Origin: Takakia lepidozioides
Taxonomy: Eukaryota; Plantae; Bryophyta
Direction of reading: 5' to 3'
Assembly: GCA_030704615.1 (NCBI GenBank)
Contig: CM060731.1
Location: 21,142,001 to 21,206,000 of the forward strand
Length of the DNA: 64,000 nucleotides
Below the pieces are notes generated by a model. It was not told the DNA's origin. It saw nothing but the letters and a program-made list of their open reading frames with translations, and ran no database searches. How positions within the stretch are numbered: position 1 is the stretch's first letter; the number at the start of each line of letters is the position of its first letter. Made by a program: the position numbers and the translations under genes. Shown one piece after another: positions 37,897 to 51,200 of the stretch.

Positions 37897-40238
37897 TACA
37901 GCCCCGGTGACACATTCCAGCCCTAACGACCACCTTCCAACCTACAGATACTCTGCAAGTACCAGGACCATGGCATGCGCGTGGTCTCGATCCAACCTGT
38001 CCGCTTTCTTCAGCGAATTTCCCAGTGCTTCCTGTTGGTTGTTCCGTAAGCATTCAAGAGTAAGTTCACATAGCAAAAGGTTCAACTCTTCAAGATTTCG
38101 CTTTGAACTGCCAATCGCCTTGGCAATTTTGGGCGGTGCCCAACCTCTCAATTTGGGAGTTCTTCCGTTTTTCAAGCAGGATTGAGGACTGATGCAGATT
38201 GGATGGAAAGCTTCAGCCTATTACGTTCTCTACTTGAATTGACATATACAATCATCCTAGCATATTGCATTATACTGTGAGCTACGAGGAGGACAGAGAG
38301 AAGCATGGACTGGGAAGAATTGGGGACGATTGTGAGATGTTAGGTTCAGTGGACGAGCAAGAAGCAGAATATCGAACGGGGTTTGGAAGCCGAGGCACGG
38401 AGAAACCAGCTTGCATTAATTTGAAGAGTCATTCAGTGAGTGATGGGGGCTTGCTTGTGAATCTTCAAATACTATCAGGCATGGAAGGGAGCAAATTTGT
38501 TGAATGTGAAAACCGCAATGACCCCGTAGACAGTAGCCCCACTTTTTCAAGGGAGGGCCCAACTGCGATGATTTTGCAGGCATTACCGATGTGTTCAATC
38601 TTAAACTGGCATGGGAGGTCCAGAGTTTCATGGACACAGCTAGAGCAACAGAGGGTGATTGAAGATTTCCCTAGCCTACGCTAACATTCCTGAGTAGGAC
38701 TCTGCAACGGGGAGCTACTAAAGATTTCTGCTAGCAGTATTTGCCTGGCAGGAGTTCATGCCAGATCTTTCGCAATGGTTGGCCAAGATTTCCAACAAGG
38801 TGAGGCTATCTCTGAGGTTACCCTTAATTAGAAGAATAAAAGGATAAATGGCATTTTTGCTGAGTGAAGCTAGCATAATTTATGTTGGTAGACCGTAGCG
38901 GTTCTTATTGTTGATCAGTCAGCTGTCAATTTACACTGCGATTGCAGTTGGTTTGGCTCAAAGTTGTGACTGTTATGTGAAGCAATGCTTGTAGAGTTCT
39001 TGTCGTTGTATCCAGGCTGTGGTTAAGCTATTACTCCTCAAACTGCACATGTGGTCTTCATAGAATAGTCCAAGACATCAGAATCTGGACATGAGTGGAC
39101 AAAGGACGTCCTTTCGTTTGAGGGTTGGTCAAACCCTCCTGCCATGGTTGACGGTCAAGAGCAATGAGATGGTGGATGGATATCAGTGGGTGTCCTGGAT
39201 TTTGGTATTTTATCTTCATTGAAGTTTGGAGACAGTTGGAGACCAGATTTCGGTGGGATGGCCTATTATGGACGAAGGACACAATCAGGTCAAATACGGG
39301 CTGTAGAGTTATGTGAGTATCACACAACAAGCAGCCTGGCTTGAAGGGTGCTCTTGGCCACCGCAAGCTTCAGTGCCTTTGGTGAATTTGGGTATGTTTG
39401 TATGTCTCTGTATGCACGAGGCAAAGAAATAGCCAACAGTGACTAGCAGAATTTCCTCAAAAAGATACATCAGCACTCCTCAAGAAAGACTGAGGCAATT
39501 GGAAACTGGCAAAGTTCTCATGTTATTGGAGTTCCTGCATGCAGATCAAGCAATGAGCGTAGGACAGCTCTGGGAGGAGCTCTTTGCAGATCCCTCACAG
39601 TTCTTTGACAACGGATTTTATTGGGTGAGGCTGTATTCTTAACATGCGGAAAAGATGTCTTGGATGTTGGTTACGTTGTGGCAATTTTCCACCTCATTGT
39701 GTTGCAGGAGCAAATCTCCTTGTCATTATCAGTAAGCTATCCAAGTATGCTGTTATATAGAAGAGGCGTGGTGGTTAGGTTGTTGTAGTGGGGTGTATGC
39801 GATGCTGTGCATTTAGCTCTGGTTGCTCAGCTGCCTGCTGGGGGATTCGCAGAAAAGCACAAGACCACTAGCCTTCAGACATAATGGCTCAAACAAGGTC
39901 CTTTGGATCAAGAGTTGGTTGGATCCTCCTTTGGTGAAAGCAGAGCCTGTTGCCATCATACAAGATCGAGCACAATTTGATGATGTCTCTGTTGATGTCC
40001 AACATGGAGCTTCAGGCCAAGAATACTATGGGTATTTTTTCGTTGCTGATTCAAGGGTTCCAACCTAGATTTGGTACAGACTATTCTCAAAGTGGATGAC
40101 TGCAGTAGCTTTGTAGCCCTGTGATTATCTGCGAAGGTGTTCTTAGGAAGACATCCTTCTGACGTATCTTCAAGCTTTGAGATACCTTGTGAGTTTGTGT
40201 GCAAATGTTTTATAACAAAAAAATTCGAGTCATGCAGG

Positions 40239-42755
40239 ATGACAGGGTTCACCAAGGCACACATATTGAAATCAGGCACCTCCACTGTCACCCCTGGTTT
40301 TGGAGGTGGGCCAAGAGAGGGGGTCAGCAAGAGCCCTCATGGGGACATGAGGGCTCTATGTATGGCAGGACGATTGAAAGAGGCACTGCATATTCTGAAC
40401 CTAGGAGGCGTTCAGGCAGATTCCAACACCTATGTCTGTGTCTTGCAGGAGTGTATCAATAAGAAAAGCCTTGCAGAGGGAAAGCATGTGCACAGCCACA
40501 TTCTCCGAAGTGGATTAAAACCAAACATCTTTCTACTCAACACCCTTGTTAACATGTATGCCAAGTGTGGGAGTGTGGCGGAAGCACGCCAAGTGTTTGA
40601 TAGAATGCCTGAACGAAATTTGTTTACATGGACTATAATGATAGCAGGATATGCCAAGCATGGGTATGGTAGGGAGGCTTTTGAGATGTATGAGCAAATG
40701 CAACAGGAAGGGGGGACACCCAACAGGGTCACATTCATTTGCGTTGTCAACGCATGTGCCCGGCTTGGAGACTTGGAAAGGGGCAGAAAAGTCCACGCTC
40801 AAATAATCAAAACTGAGATTGCTCCAGATATCATTCTTGTGACTGCCCTTGCTGACATGTATGCCAAATGTGGGAGGGTAAAGGATTCACGTCAATTGTT
40901 TGACAACATGACTAAACGAAATGTGGTCTCATGGAATGCCATGATCACGGGATATGGCCAGCATGGGTGTGGTAGGCAGGCTTTGGAGATTTATGACCAA
41001 ATGCAACAGGAAGCGGTACTACCCAGCAGGGTCACATTTATTTGCATTCTCAATGCGTGTGCCAGCCTGGGCGCCCTGGAGAAGGGCAAGGAGGTTCATG
41101 CTGACATCATCAAATCTGGGATCGCAGCAGATACCGTTCTAGAGACTGCCCTTGCTGACATGTACGCCAAATGTGGGAGTGTGAAGGATGCGCGTCATGT
41201 GTTTGACAACATGGCCGAACGGAGTGTGGTCTCGTGGAATGCCATGATCACAGGATATTCTCACCATGGGTGTGGTAGGCAGGCCTTTGAGATGTACAAG
41301 CAAATGAGATGGCAAGGGGTGACGCCCGACAAGGTCACGTTCATTTGCATCCTGAATGTGTGTGCCATCCTAGGAGACCTTGAAAATGGTAAAGAGGTCC
41401 ATGCTGACATCATCAAATCTGGAATCACAGCAGATACCATTCTGGAGAGTGCCCTAGCTGACATGTATGCCAAATGTGGAAGCATAAAGGATGCGCGCCG
41501 AGTGTTCGATAATATCGCACAACAAGATGTGGTCTCATGGAACACAATGATCGCAGGATATGCTCAGCATGGATGTGGTAGGGAGGCTTTTCAGATCTAT
41601 GAGCAAATGCAACAGGAAGGGGTGGTGCCTGACAAGGTCACATTCGTTTGTATTCTCAATGCGTGTGCCAGCCTGGCAGCCCTGGACAGGGGAAAAGAGG
41701 TACATGCTGACATCAACAAAGCTGGGATTGCAGCAGATGTCATTTTGGAGACTGCCCTTGCTGATATGTATGCCAAATGTGGGAGCTTAAAGGATTCACG
41801 TCAAGTTTTTGACAATATGGCTCAACGAAGTGTGGTCTCATGGAACACAATGCTTGCAGGATATGCTCAACATGGGTGTGGCAGGGAGGTCATGAAACTA
41901 TTTGAACAAATGCAACAGGAAGGCTTGAAGCCAAATGGTATTACCTTCACATGTGTCCTTTCTGCATGTAGTTCTGTGGGCCTGGTGAATGAAGGCCATC
42001 AGTACTTTGATTGTATGAGACGAGAGTATGGCCTCACTCCGACATTGGAGCATTTTGGCTGCATGGTGGACCTTCTTGGCCGTGCAGGGCGATTGGATGA
42101 TGCAGAGGACGTAATTAAGGAAATGCCAATTGAACCACATGCTTCTGTATGGGGGGCTTTGCTTGGTGCCTGCAGAATTCATGGCGATGTGAAGCGAGCA
42201 GAACGTGCAGCAAAGTGCCTTCTCAAGTGGGATCCCCAGGATGCTGCAACATATGTGCTTCTATCAAACATCTATGCTATGGCCGGCAGGTGGGATGATA
42301 AAGCAAAGTTGAGAAAAATGATGGAGGACAGAGGTGTCAGAAAGGAGCCAGGGCGTAGCTTCATCGAGGTTGACAACAAAGTGCGTACATTCATTGTAGA
42401 TGACAAATTGCATCCAGAGATTGAGGACATACATGCTGAGCTGAAGAGATTGTATTTACAGATGAAGGAGGCTGGGTATGTGCCTGACACCCGCTTTGTA
42501 TTGCATGATGTGGATGAAGTCCAAAAGGAATTTTCTCTTTATCACCACAGTGAGAAGCTGGCCATTGCTTTTGGGCTCATCAGCACCCCCCCCGGGATGC
42601 CCATCCGCATCATCAAGAATCTTCGGATGTGTGGTGACTGCCACACGGCCACCAAGTTCATCACACAGATTGTTGGGCGGGCGGTTGTTGTACGGGACGC
42701 CAACCGCTTTCACCACTTCCGAGATGGGGTTTGTTCTTGTGGGGATTACTGGTGA
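40239..42755 (+). CDS. PLS-class PPR protein with E/E+/DYW domain (organellar C-to-U editing factor)
   Basis: Repeating P-L-S motifs, PG box PGRSFIEV, deaminase signature HSEKLA...CGDCH, and terminal CSCGDYW. The first in-frame ATG is at 40239; upstream exons cannot be excluded. Confidence 0.96.
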   Translation: MTGFTKAHILKSGTSTVTPGFGGGPREGVSKSPHGDMRALCMAGRLKEALHILNLGGVQADSNTYVCVLQECINKKSLAEGKHVHSHILRSGLKPNIFLLNTLVNMYAKCGSVAEARQVFDRMPERNLFTWTIMIAGYAKHGYGREAFEMYEQMQQEGGTPNRVTFICVVNACARLGDLERGRKVHAQIIKTEIAPDIILVTALADMYAKCGRVKDSRQLFDNMTKRNVVSWNAMITGYGQHGCGRQALEIYDQMQQEAVLPSRVTFICILNACASLGALEKGKEVHADIIKSGIAADTVLETALADMYAKCGSVKDARHVFDNMAERSVVSWNAMITGYSHHGCGRQAFEMYKQMRWQGVTPDKVTFICILNVCAILGDLENGKEVHADIIKSGITADTILESALADMYAKCGSIKDARRVFDNIAQQDVVSWNTMIAGYAQHGCGREAFQIYEQMQQEGVVPDKVTFVCILNACASLAALDRGKEVHADINKAGIAADVILETALADMYAKCGSLKDSRQVFDNMAQRSVVSWNTMLAGYAQHGCGREVMKLFEQMQQEGLKPNGITFTCVLSACSSVGLVNEGHQYFDCMRREYGLTPTLEHFGCMVDLLGRAGRLDDAEDVIKEMPIEPHASVWGALLGACRIHGDVKRAERAAKCLLKWDPQDAATYVLLSNIYAMAGRWDDKAKLRKMMEDRGVRKEPGRSFIEVDNKVRTFIVDDKLHPEIEDIHAELKRLYLQMKEAGYVPDTRFVLHDVDEVQKEFSLYHHSEKLAIAFGLISTPPGMPIRIIKNLRMCGDCHTATKFITQIVGRAVVVRDANRFHHFRDGVCSCGDYW

Positions 42756-43099
42756 ACCTAGCAACATCTGTGGTGGCAAGTGGACCGCCACAAACGTGAG
42801 GATGTAAAGATCACACTAGCCTTATCTTGAACCCAAGTGTAAGGTTGGAGTACCCATTTGTGTCATGAATGCAAAACTGAGTCCCTCCTTTTGTGTGAAC
42901 CGCAGCTGATGATTACAATTTGGAAAGTCTATCTAATAGCAGATTGCTGATTCATTTTGCCGTTAATTCACCTCTTTGTTGGTCAGCCCTGAAGGCAGCA
43001 AATCGAGTGGTCATGTTTTTACCTAGTTTCCCGTTATCCGTGTCAGTGATGTCAGGTCATGACAGACCTGATTCTGACGTTGCCTGCATCACATTGGTT

Positions 43100-43620
43100 T
43101 AGGTATCGGTAATGTAATTTTTAGGGGGGTGAAAAATGTGACATGTAAGTATCCATGTCCCTTGGAAATTACATACATGAAAAAAATTAGTTAAATGGAA
43201 TTTTAATAACTTGAAAGAGCGTCCCGGCCATTCGGTGGTCGCCGTCGGCACATAACGGTGAGCAAACCGTTGGGCGGTCGTCCATCGATTGGCGACTGGA
43301 GGGCGAAGGTGATTTTTTTCTTTGTTTTTTTTTTTTTTGGTCTGGCACTGTGGGGCAACTGGAGTCAGATAGCTGCCCACGGTTGCCTAGCCAAAAAAAA
43401 AAATTAAAAAGAAAAACCTATTGTCCGGCTCGCCCGGACTTTATCCAAAGGCAGACGGCCTAGAGGGGAAATAAAATGAAAATAAAAATAAAAATAAAAA
43501 TGCACTACATGTCCGTCAACTCGACAATGGGATAAATTGGGTCGCGTGAAAGTAAAAAAAATACTCAACGTAAAGTCGGTTTTGGACGTTACCCTGCTCA
43601 CGTGTTTGTGCAAGTCGCAT
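43100..43620. mobile_element. Possible DNA-transposon terminal/subterminal sequence
   Basis: CpG-rich patches alternating with long A/T runs, unlike the neighbouring genic DNA. No TIR partner confidently located. Confidence 0.3.
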
Positions 43621-43649
43621 CATAATTGACAACTAGGACCTAGTCCCCC

Positions 43650-44290
43650 CGTGTTGGCCAATTCTTTCAAAGAATATACACTTGATTGTGGCTCCATGGC
43701 TGAAGCTGGAAACATGTCAAATGTAGTAGCCATATCATCTTCATGGTCCATAAATGGAACCTAAAATTTGGCATGGTGTTGCTTTCTCTTGTTTTCAGAC
43801 AGGTCCATCAACCTAAGACGTACCTCATCTAACATAACATCAATATCACCGAAAGTACGACGTTGTCCCCATTCCCTAACTTCAGCAAACAAACCCCTCA
43901 AAAAATGTAATTGGAACATCTTCTCCCTAACGGCAACATCTGAAATATTCTCTGTGGCTGCAGCTTACAGGTCCCAGTAGTATTGCCAGAGGGATTCTTC
44001 TTCCTTGTAAGGTCGATCATACAATTTATCTAGGCTATCCAAGGGTCACTCTGCAGGTTTGAATATCCTAAGTGCTATCTTTTTAACATTTTTCCAATTT
44101 AAATCTGGTTCCCCACGGAAATAAACATGAATGAGATCGCATGCCTCCCATTGCATCATGCTCATACGAAAGGTTCTCATATTGACTTTTTCTGAGGCTT
44201 TGTTCATATTAGCCGTTATCTCAAATATCTCTCTGTAGTTCCCGATTTCCCCTCCCATTTAGTACTTAGGTTATGGATGAGTTACAATGT
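43650..44290 (-). mobile_element. LTR-retrotransposon gag remnant
   Basis: Single frame with a few stops: PKY*MGGEIGNYREIFE...LNWKNVKKIALRIF...EESLWQYYWDL*AAA...FQLHFLRGLFAEVRE. This fits the Retrotrans_gag/MHR-like pattern. Confidence 0.6.
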
Positions 44291-45256
44291 GAACAACAGC
44301 CCATATCTGACAAGTAACCTTGTTGTCACTTGAACCTATAGGTGAGCATTCACAGGCTGATCCTCACTACTCTCAAAATCAAGCTTTCTATGTCTCCCAT
44401 TGTGGACTATCACCTCTCCCATGGCTCGGGAGAGAGGTAGCACCGATAGCTAGGTGGACCAAGAGTCCAAGGCAGGCTGACCATGTCTAAACATGTTGCT
44501 GGTGCCAGATTAGCATTGTGCTGTAGCGACTCACTCTGAATAAAAGAAAAACCCGTGTATAAGAAAAGAAATATGGCTTCGAGGGAAAAAAAAAACCAAA
44601 AACAAAAAATAAAAAAAATCAATCAATCTTCTGTAGGCGCCTTACATATTCAAGAGTGGAACGGCACGACTCCATCCCTGCATACTGGGAGTTCTCTTAG
44701 TGCCATATGCTCCCCTGCCGACGGTGACGAACCTGAAGTGAACTAGCGGCATCGCCAGAGCTTTAGAAAAGGGAAATCTAAGGCTCAGCTCTCTTTTGAT
44801 CAACCAAAGCGCAAGGCAGCTTATAGTCTTCTTGTTGCTTCTGTTCCTATCTATGAACTTGGTCACGGAGTAGTGTCTCTTTCATCAGCCTTCATGGCCT
44901 TCGCAAGGTTATTATTCCTTGCTTTAATAAATTTTAAGCACCTCTGTCCCCTTTTTTTTTCTTTTTTTTAAAAGGAACTTGGGAGTGACAGCCCACAGTT
45001 CAGGCCCTTGAGGAGGGGGGGGGAATTAACGAATTAACCCCTTTTTTTTTAAAACGATCTTTTACTCTGCCACGCAGGCGAGTAACTTACGAAGTCGTCA
45101 CGCCGAGCGACCCTAAAATGAACTACGAAGTTTCTTATGGTTCTCCACGATGGTGGGAACTCGGGAGCTATATTGGGAACGTGATGAGAACGTGAAGCGG
45201 TGCCCTTGTTTCTTGCAAGGAGAAAAGGGCTGAGAGAGGAGCAAAGCGCAGTAGCG

Positions 45257-48200
45257 ATGGCGGCAGGCGTCCAGAATGGTGCTGCGGCCATGGATCCTAC
45301 TTCCTTCAAGGACACTGTGGCTGCCATGGCTAACGGAGATGTGCAGATACTCAAGTCCGTGATTAGAGGGCAGAATGGAGATATTGCTGATGCCAAAAAG
45401 GCGCGGGAGGTGGAGAGACGGCGGAGGCGCCGGAAGCAGAAGAAGAAGTCTAGAAACGGCGTTACCAAGACCGATGCATCGGAGGACAAGACTGATGCGT
45501 CGGAGGATAATGATAGTGATAAGGAGGATGCCACTGCAGAGGTATTATCCATCTGTAATGTGGCGTGTAATTCGTGAGCCTTGTTTCATGTTTCGGACTA
45601 CCTCAATGTTCTTATACACATAGTGATGAGGAATGTTGTTGTATGGTATTGTTTTGCGAGATGAGTAAACCCTAGTTTAAGAGGCCAGTACTTGTTGTAA
45701 TTGATAAGGTGAATGGGACTACAGGGTGAAGGCAGATTTAATGCTATAAGTTTTCTAGTGTCACACCTTGTATCTAAGCCCTCTGGAATTGTAAACCTAG
45801 TCCTGCTGAAAGTATTGTGTACAAGCTTCGTATGTTAGAAATGGAAGTGGGTGTTGTGTTTCAAGCTTCACTTTAACCTTAATTTAGGTCTCTTCTTCCA
45901 TTTTCCTTAGCTAGGTGTCTCTGTCAATATGTGGTCAGAAACCTTTGGAAACACTGCTAGGTATGTAACACCTGAATTGTTTATTCCTTTTGCATGCCGG
46001 ACATCTGGTTTCAGGTGGAAGAGAAAGTAGAGGTGGTGTATGTTTCAGAAAAGGCCGATTTTGAAGATGCAAATGGTCACATGAATCCCGTCAACCAGGA
46101 CTTTTTGAGGGTTTTTGAGAGGTTTTCAGCTGTGGAAGACATGTTCCCTGTTGCAAAGAAGGTGTGTTGCAGACTGTGACACCATCCATTGGCTTATGCT
46201 TTGCCTGCACTTGGAAGTAGTCCATCTTGACCTTTGCAGTAACCATCGTGAACAAATATGGATTGGTTATGGGGATAGTTAGTCAGAGTTCTGCAGCACA
46301 GGAAGGAATCTTCGGGAGATATAGTTTCTTCCAGGCACTGGCAAATTGATAGTTACCAGCCCAATTGACTGTTTGGATTTTGCAATTCATGAGACACTGC
46401 AAAGTTCTGTGTGATTATATCGGATTATGTGGCCTGGAACTCCACTTCAGTTTTATAGGGTCTGACTGCTCCTGTCCCTTGGTAGGATGAGGATGCAAAG
46501 GTGGAAGTGACACAAACAGAGGAGCCAAAGAAGAAAACAGATGATGATTCTTCAGATGAGGAGGAACAAGACGACAAACTAAAGGAGAAAGGGCTCTCTA
46601 ACAAGAAGAAGAAGGTGAGCTGCATGTTCATTGCAGGGTTACAGATGAGCTGTTTTCCAGCATATATAGAAATATGGTTGTGACTGTAGTTTCCGGATTA
46701 TAAATATTGAGATCCATTGCCATCTACTCAACCCGTGATGGCAGAAAACTAGTATTAAATTGTGTTGGCTTGGTTTGTGCAGTTGCAACGACGTATGAAG
46801 ATTGCAGAGCTTAAGCAACAGTGCATGAAACCAGATGTTGTTGAGGTAAATTTCACAATATATTGCTTCACTTCATTTGATGTACAATTTTGAGGGCTCT
46901 TCTTACCAGCTGGAATGTTGCAGACTCTTGTAATATTTCATCTTTTGTTTTTGGCCTTTATTGAGCTTCTGGTTAGGAATCTTAGCATTCGAACCTTCAT
47001 TAAGTACCTTGTTAGGACTTCAAACCCCTTCTCGCTCCATTCAGACAATGTGTCTGAAGACTGGTGGCTTCAGGGAGAGTGCTTGTTATGTATGCTAATG
47101 AACAGCTGTTCTTCTCGTGTTGGCCAGGTTTGGGATGCAACTGCTGCGGACCCTCGGCTGCTTGTTTTTTTGAAGGGCTACCGCAACACTGTCCCTGTTC
47201 CAAGGCATTGGTGTCAGAAGCGCAAGTTCCTTCAGGTTGGTCACACAGTACAGGGATATCTAAGGACTGGGAGATTACATCCCTGGTTGGGTCGGGCGGG
47301 GTGACTAATGTGTGATGGAAGAGAGATGGCAAGAGTGACCTGGGGGTCTTGCACTTGAGAGAGTTGACAGACGGCGAGCTGGCATTGCCTCTTATTTGGT
47401 AAATGTGGTTTCTGCAGGGTGCGGGTCGTTGCCAATTGTGATTTATGGACGGAGAACTGGTATGTGGGTGGCTGCGGTGGAGAGCCGCCCCCCCCCCTCC
47501 GCTGTTCCTACTTAACAGTGTTTGCCCAGATGGCGCATAGTCTACATGTTAGGTGTGTCGTGGGGGTGGGGTTTTTATCGTACCGACACTTGTAGGTGTG
47601 GCTTAGATCATGGGTGACTGGTTTGCGTTTGAGGAGGGATTAGTGAGAGAATGTCAAGAGTTCTGCTCGACTCTTAGCTTCTTGAAATCATCGTGGTTCA
47701 ACATTTGTAGCCACGAGGTCTAGATATAGAGTAGATACTCAACGGGGAGATCTTCAGGGGGCTGCAACCTTAATGAATGGAACTTTGCATCATGTCTGCA
47801 TATAAGAGTGTCATCACGACAGGCTTGAAGTTTGTTGATCTGTGAAGAGCCTTCCTCGTTGATTCTGTCCCCCTTTTCTTTCTGACTGGGAGCTTTTGAT
47901 CCTGGCACTGCAGAATTCACAGGGCGTTGCAACTTTCCCCTTCTGGTGTTGACCCTATGTAGCGTGCTTGTGCAATGCAGAACAAAACAGACTTGATTTC
48001 ATTGTCACAGAACCCACAATGCTGCTTCTTATGTTGCATATGTGTATGGTTTAGTATGTGAGACAGGAGGAACATTTATCTGGCACATTGTCAGGCCTCA
48101 CAATTTTCTGGCCCTGCAGCTATGCCATGCTAAGGAGCCTCTCTGCAGTCCTGTCTTGCATATTATGCCATGCATTTATGCAATATTTTGCCTCCTGCAT

Positions 48201-51200
48201 CCTGAAATCTATATGACTGTGTTAACTTCAGAGGGACACAATGTTGACATTGCTTTGCTAATGTGTTGACTGAGTTCTTATTTAGATCAAGCACATCTTT
48301 GCAACAGCATTGTCATGTGGTTCTAACTGTAACTGTGCTTTCAGGGGAAGCGTGGTATTGAGAAGCAGCCGTTCCAGCTTCCTGATTTCATTGCCGCAAC
48401 TGGCATTGAGAAGATTAGACAGGTATGGATGTGCTTTTAGATTTAGGCGGCACGCATTCCTACTGAGATGTGTAAGTCTGGTGTGACTCCAGTGTAAGTT
48501 GAGGTTCCTTGATGAACTGAGTTAAGCATGTGCTTGCACATTTAGCATTGAAACTACACACACCGGGAAAAAAGCTTATTTGAGACTGAGTGATTAAGCC
48601 AATATGCGATAAAGGAGACTTTCTATGGCATGCACTTCAAGTATGACAAAGATGGAATGCGGGATGAAGCAAGGAGCCCAGGTGGAATGAGTCTTGGATT
48701 GGGAGTTGGGTGAATGCACTGTACGAAGTTGGCCTTTGTGTCTCTTAACCTTAGTGGTGTCAGGGTTTTGGGTTATGACATGACCAGTTGAATTTGTTTC
48801 TAGTGGATGACCGAGTCTTATTCTTTTGGTTATTTCCTTCTCAACTGATACCATCTGTCAACATGCTGTGGTCCCAGGCATACATTGAAAAGGAGGACAG
48901 TAAGAAGCTTAAGCAGAAGCAGAGAGAGAAGATGCAACCCAAGATGGGAAAGATGGACATTGATTATCAGGTGTGTCTTATCTCAAGGTGTCTTGATGGC
49001 TATCTTGTTCTTTATCTGGAGAGTGCATACCAAATCAATGCTGCGTTATGGTGATGGCAATGAATTGCCACATGGTGATTAGCTGGCTCAGAACACCCAG
49101 ACAAGTCAGAAGTTCAGTTATCATTATGTGAAGTTTTACTTCTTTCTGCCTAGTGATGAAATTTGAGCTAAGGTGTCGCATTACCTTCTGGCAATGGTGT
49201 GTTTGCTACTGGTGTGGCAGTCTTCCTGCATTCATTTTGGTATGGTTTGTGTACGTTATCATCCGCTGCCACTTCCCAGTTCGGGAATATTGACCCGATC
49301 CCCAGTATGAGAAATTATTCTTAAATTCTGGCTGGCTTACTTTTGTCAACCTTTGTCAGGTGCTGCATGATGCCTTTTTCAAGTATCAAACAAAGCCAAA
49401 GCTTACTCATCACGGTGATCTCTATCATGAAGGAAAGGAGTTTGAGGTGAGGTTTACATTTGAGAGAGTCATGGTCAATATGGTGTTCAGCTTGTCTCTG
49501 CTCCAGGATTGTGATGGTAAAATGATGTGTTCCCCCTGAAGCCTCAGTTCTTTCTGTTTACTTTTTGGTGTCCTAGGATCTTAACTACTCGGAAATGTGT
49601 CAGTGCAAAGAAATGCAGGGTGCTATGACAGTTTGCCAATTGACTGTATAGCCTAATGCACATTGCAATGTGGATGAGTAAAGAAGCACCGAATCAAACA
49701 TCTAAGGCTGGTTTTTCTGTTGCTGGTTTCTTTTGTGTATAAAGGTGAAACTCCGAGAGATGAAGCCCGGACAACTATCCCAGGAGCTGAAAGAAGCCCT
49801 TGGCATGCCAGATGGGGCACCTCCTCCTTGGCTTATTAATATGCAGGTCTGCTGGATTGGTCTTCTTACCATTTTCACCCGGGACCTCTGTTCTACTGTT
49901 TTTAATTTCCATATATATATCAAGCCTTGGCATAGAGGTAGGAATAGTAGGTGAATGGAGGTCAGGATAGACATAATAACACTTTGGTTTGAGTTGCCTC
50001 TATATACATGCCTTAATTTTCATAAAAGTTTGTTAGAGAAGTTTTCTATGCTTTTGCAAGTTTTATTGAATCTAATGCATCTTACTCGGACAACGTATTT
50101 TTTCGGGTGTCTGGATGTTGTGTCACATCCGGGCAATCAGACACTTTGGTTGGGTTCATGAAGATTTGTTTGTAGTTGTCTCTAACGATCTCTAGACCTT
50201 GCTTGTCTCTCAGCCATTTATACTCGTTTGCTCATTTCGGACTTATGTTGCTGCTTTTCAGCGATACGGGCCTCCTCCTTCTTATCCACACTTGAAGATT
50301 CCTGGGTTGAATGCACCAATCCCAGATGGCGCTTCATTCGGATACCATGCTGGAGGTTGGGGCAAGCCTCCTGTTGATGAGGTGAGCCAAGCAAATCACT
50401 TCCTAGGATAATTCTATGCAATTATTGGTGTGCACCAGGGATAGGGTGATTCCAGGAGGTCTGCCATTGCAAGAATCCTTTTGGAGCCACACTTTCTATT
50501 TTTGTTAATGTGGCTGATACAATAAAAGTTATTTGGTAGTAAAGTAGTGCTACAGGGCCTTAGTGCAACAAGATAAGTAATACTCAATAGAGCAACTATG
50601 TAACTTCTGAAATCATAAGAGATTGTCTTACTGTGCTTGACCTAGGACCAGGACACGCAGTAGTTCCACTACTCTGTGCTGTCTTTACTAATGCATTGGT
50701 AGGTTACCTTGCTCCAGTTCGCGTCTTTTATGGATAGGATACAGTTGAGTTAAATCCCAGTTAGTGACAGCTTCTTTGTGAAGGGCAAACTTGCATGTGA
50801 CAAGAGCTTAACTTAAGAGTGCATGTATGTGTGGCTGCAGTTTGGACGTCCTTTGTATGGAGATGTATTTGGCGTCCAGCAGCCAGAGCCTGATCTCTAT
50901 GAGGTATGCATATATCGTACTACTCGAACAGAACAGCTGTGAGAGTTTAGAAGCAGGAGACAATTTTAGTGTCATGCTCAAAATACAGAAGTTCAGTATA
51001 TTTCTGTTCAAGTTGAAGTTTTTGGTCCGAAGCTGTTAGGTTTACTTTGTGAACTTGTATTCCCAATCATGGATTTTCTATTTAATTTACAGCAGCTCCA
51101 AAATCTAGATCAACGTTGAAGAGGTAAAGGGTTTTACAGGAGGAGCCAGTTGACCGATCAAAGCATTGGGGTGACCTGGAAGAGGAAGAAGAGGAGGAGG

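Noticed and set aside
38265-38684. 139-aa ORF as a separate gene
   Set aside because: Non-ATG start and no motif. It could be a 5' exon or UTR of the PPR gene, but I cannot support that.
48510-48590. UGAUGA...CUGA in an SF3B2 intron as a C/D snoRNA
   Set aside because: No recognisable rRNA antisense element or closing stem.
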